From Candidatus Odinarchaeia archaeon (lineage in GTDB: Archaea; Asgardarchaeota; Odinarchaeia; Odinarchaeales; Odinarchaeaceae), in the NCBI GenBank assembly GCA_029856525.1, contig JAHQXC010000025.1, forward strand, positions 1 to 16,100: DNA of 16,100 bases, written 5' to 3'. Within the stretch, counting starts at the first letter, position 1, and each line of letters starts with the position of its first letter. Of the stretch, positions 15,742 through 16,100 are shown piece after piece. Position numbers and translations under genes: made by a program. A model generated the notes under the pieces. That model had not been told where the DNA came from. It was given only the letters and a program-made list of their open reading frames with translations, and ran no database searches.

Positions 15742-16100
15742 TATTATCTTTTATATTGCACGGTGATACTGCTCTAAGCGATTTAAAACTATGTTATAAG
15801 CGTTATAGTATTTGATAATCTTATTTATTAGTTTATCTTTTATCTGTAATGGTTTTAAGATAAATACGGCTAGTCCCTGTGAAATTTAAACGTTAACGGG
15901 GAAACGATAAAACAGTATTGTTTTTACTCTTCAGAATGGGCTCTCACCGTGTTTATGAAGTTGTATGGGGAGTGTGATGGTAAAAACAAGTTGAGCGGAT
16001 GCGTCAGAGGCGCGTTCTCATCATGGTTCTCAAAGTTTAAGATATAATTGGAGAGTTATATGTTCAATGTGTAAACTAAGAACTGAAGAGCGGTGATAGT

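Noticed and set aside
15755-16100. GTGATA half-sites (near 15763 and 16093) as TrmB TGM operators
   Set aside because: The partner half-site TATCAC at N5 spacing is absent. None was seen in the 10820-10895 spacer either.
1-16100. CRISPR array, tRNA or rRNA genes
   Set aside because: I saw no regularly spaced direct repeats, cloverleaf/T-loop signatures or long GC-rich structured RNA by eye. tRNAscan or Infernal would be needed to exclude them fully.

Overview
AT-rich archaeal chromosomal window. Class I LysRS, eL13, a GPN GTPase, an archaeal inositol-lipid synthase, GGTG/GAGGTG ribosome-binding sites and a longin-like fusion point to an Asgard archaeon, possibly Odinarchaeia-like (inference). 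Most of the 18 intact CDS are housekeeping genes: GPN-loop GTPase, ADP-forming acyl-CoA synthetase beta subunit, TatD, COG1340 coiled-coil protein, MBL hydrolase, NYN/DUF88 protein, UppS, M24 peptidase, free-standing ThrRS editing domain, YunC/DUF1805, Lrp RAM domain, LysRS-I, AIP synthase, PfkB kinase, CoA-binding protein and eL13. Four things stand out. (1) A 425-aa orphan (1641-2918, -) looks like four tandem, divergent histone-fold (or related AAA+ lid-like) units of about 100 aa. (2) A 461-aa protein appears to fuse an N-terminal longin-like domain to a TrmB HTH, a coiled coil and a TrmB/PLD-like effector domain, and heads an operon with ThrRS-ed and the peptidase. (3) The 825-bp gap at 5485-6309, with no intact gene, holds a decayed tnpB on the minus strand abutting a second tnpB fragment. 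(4) The AIP synthase plus PfkB pair looks like an inositol-salvage route into archaetidylinositol lipids. All family calls come from motif recognition by eye; no database searches were run.
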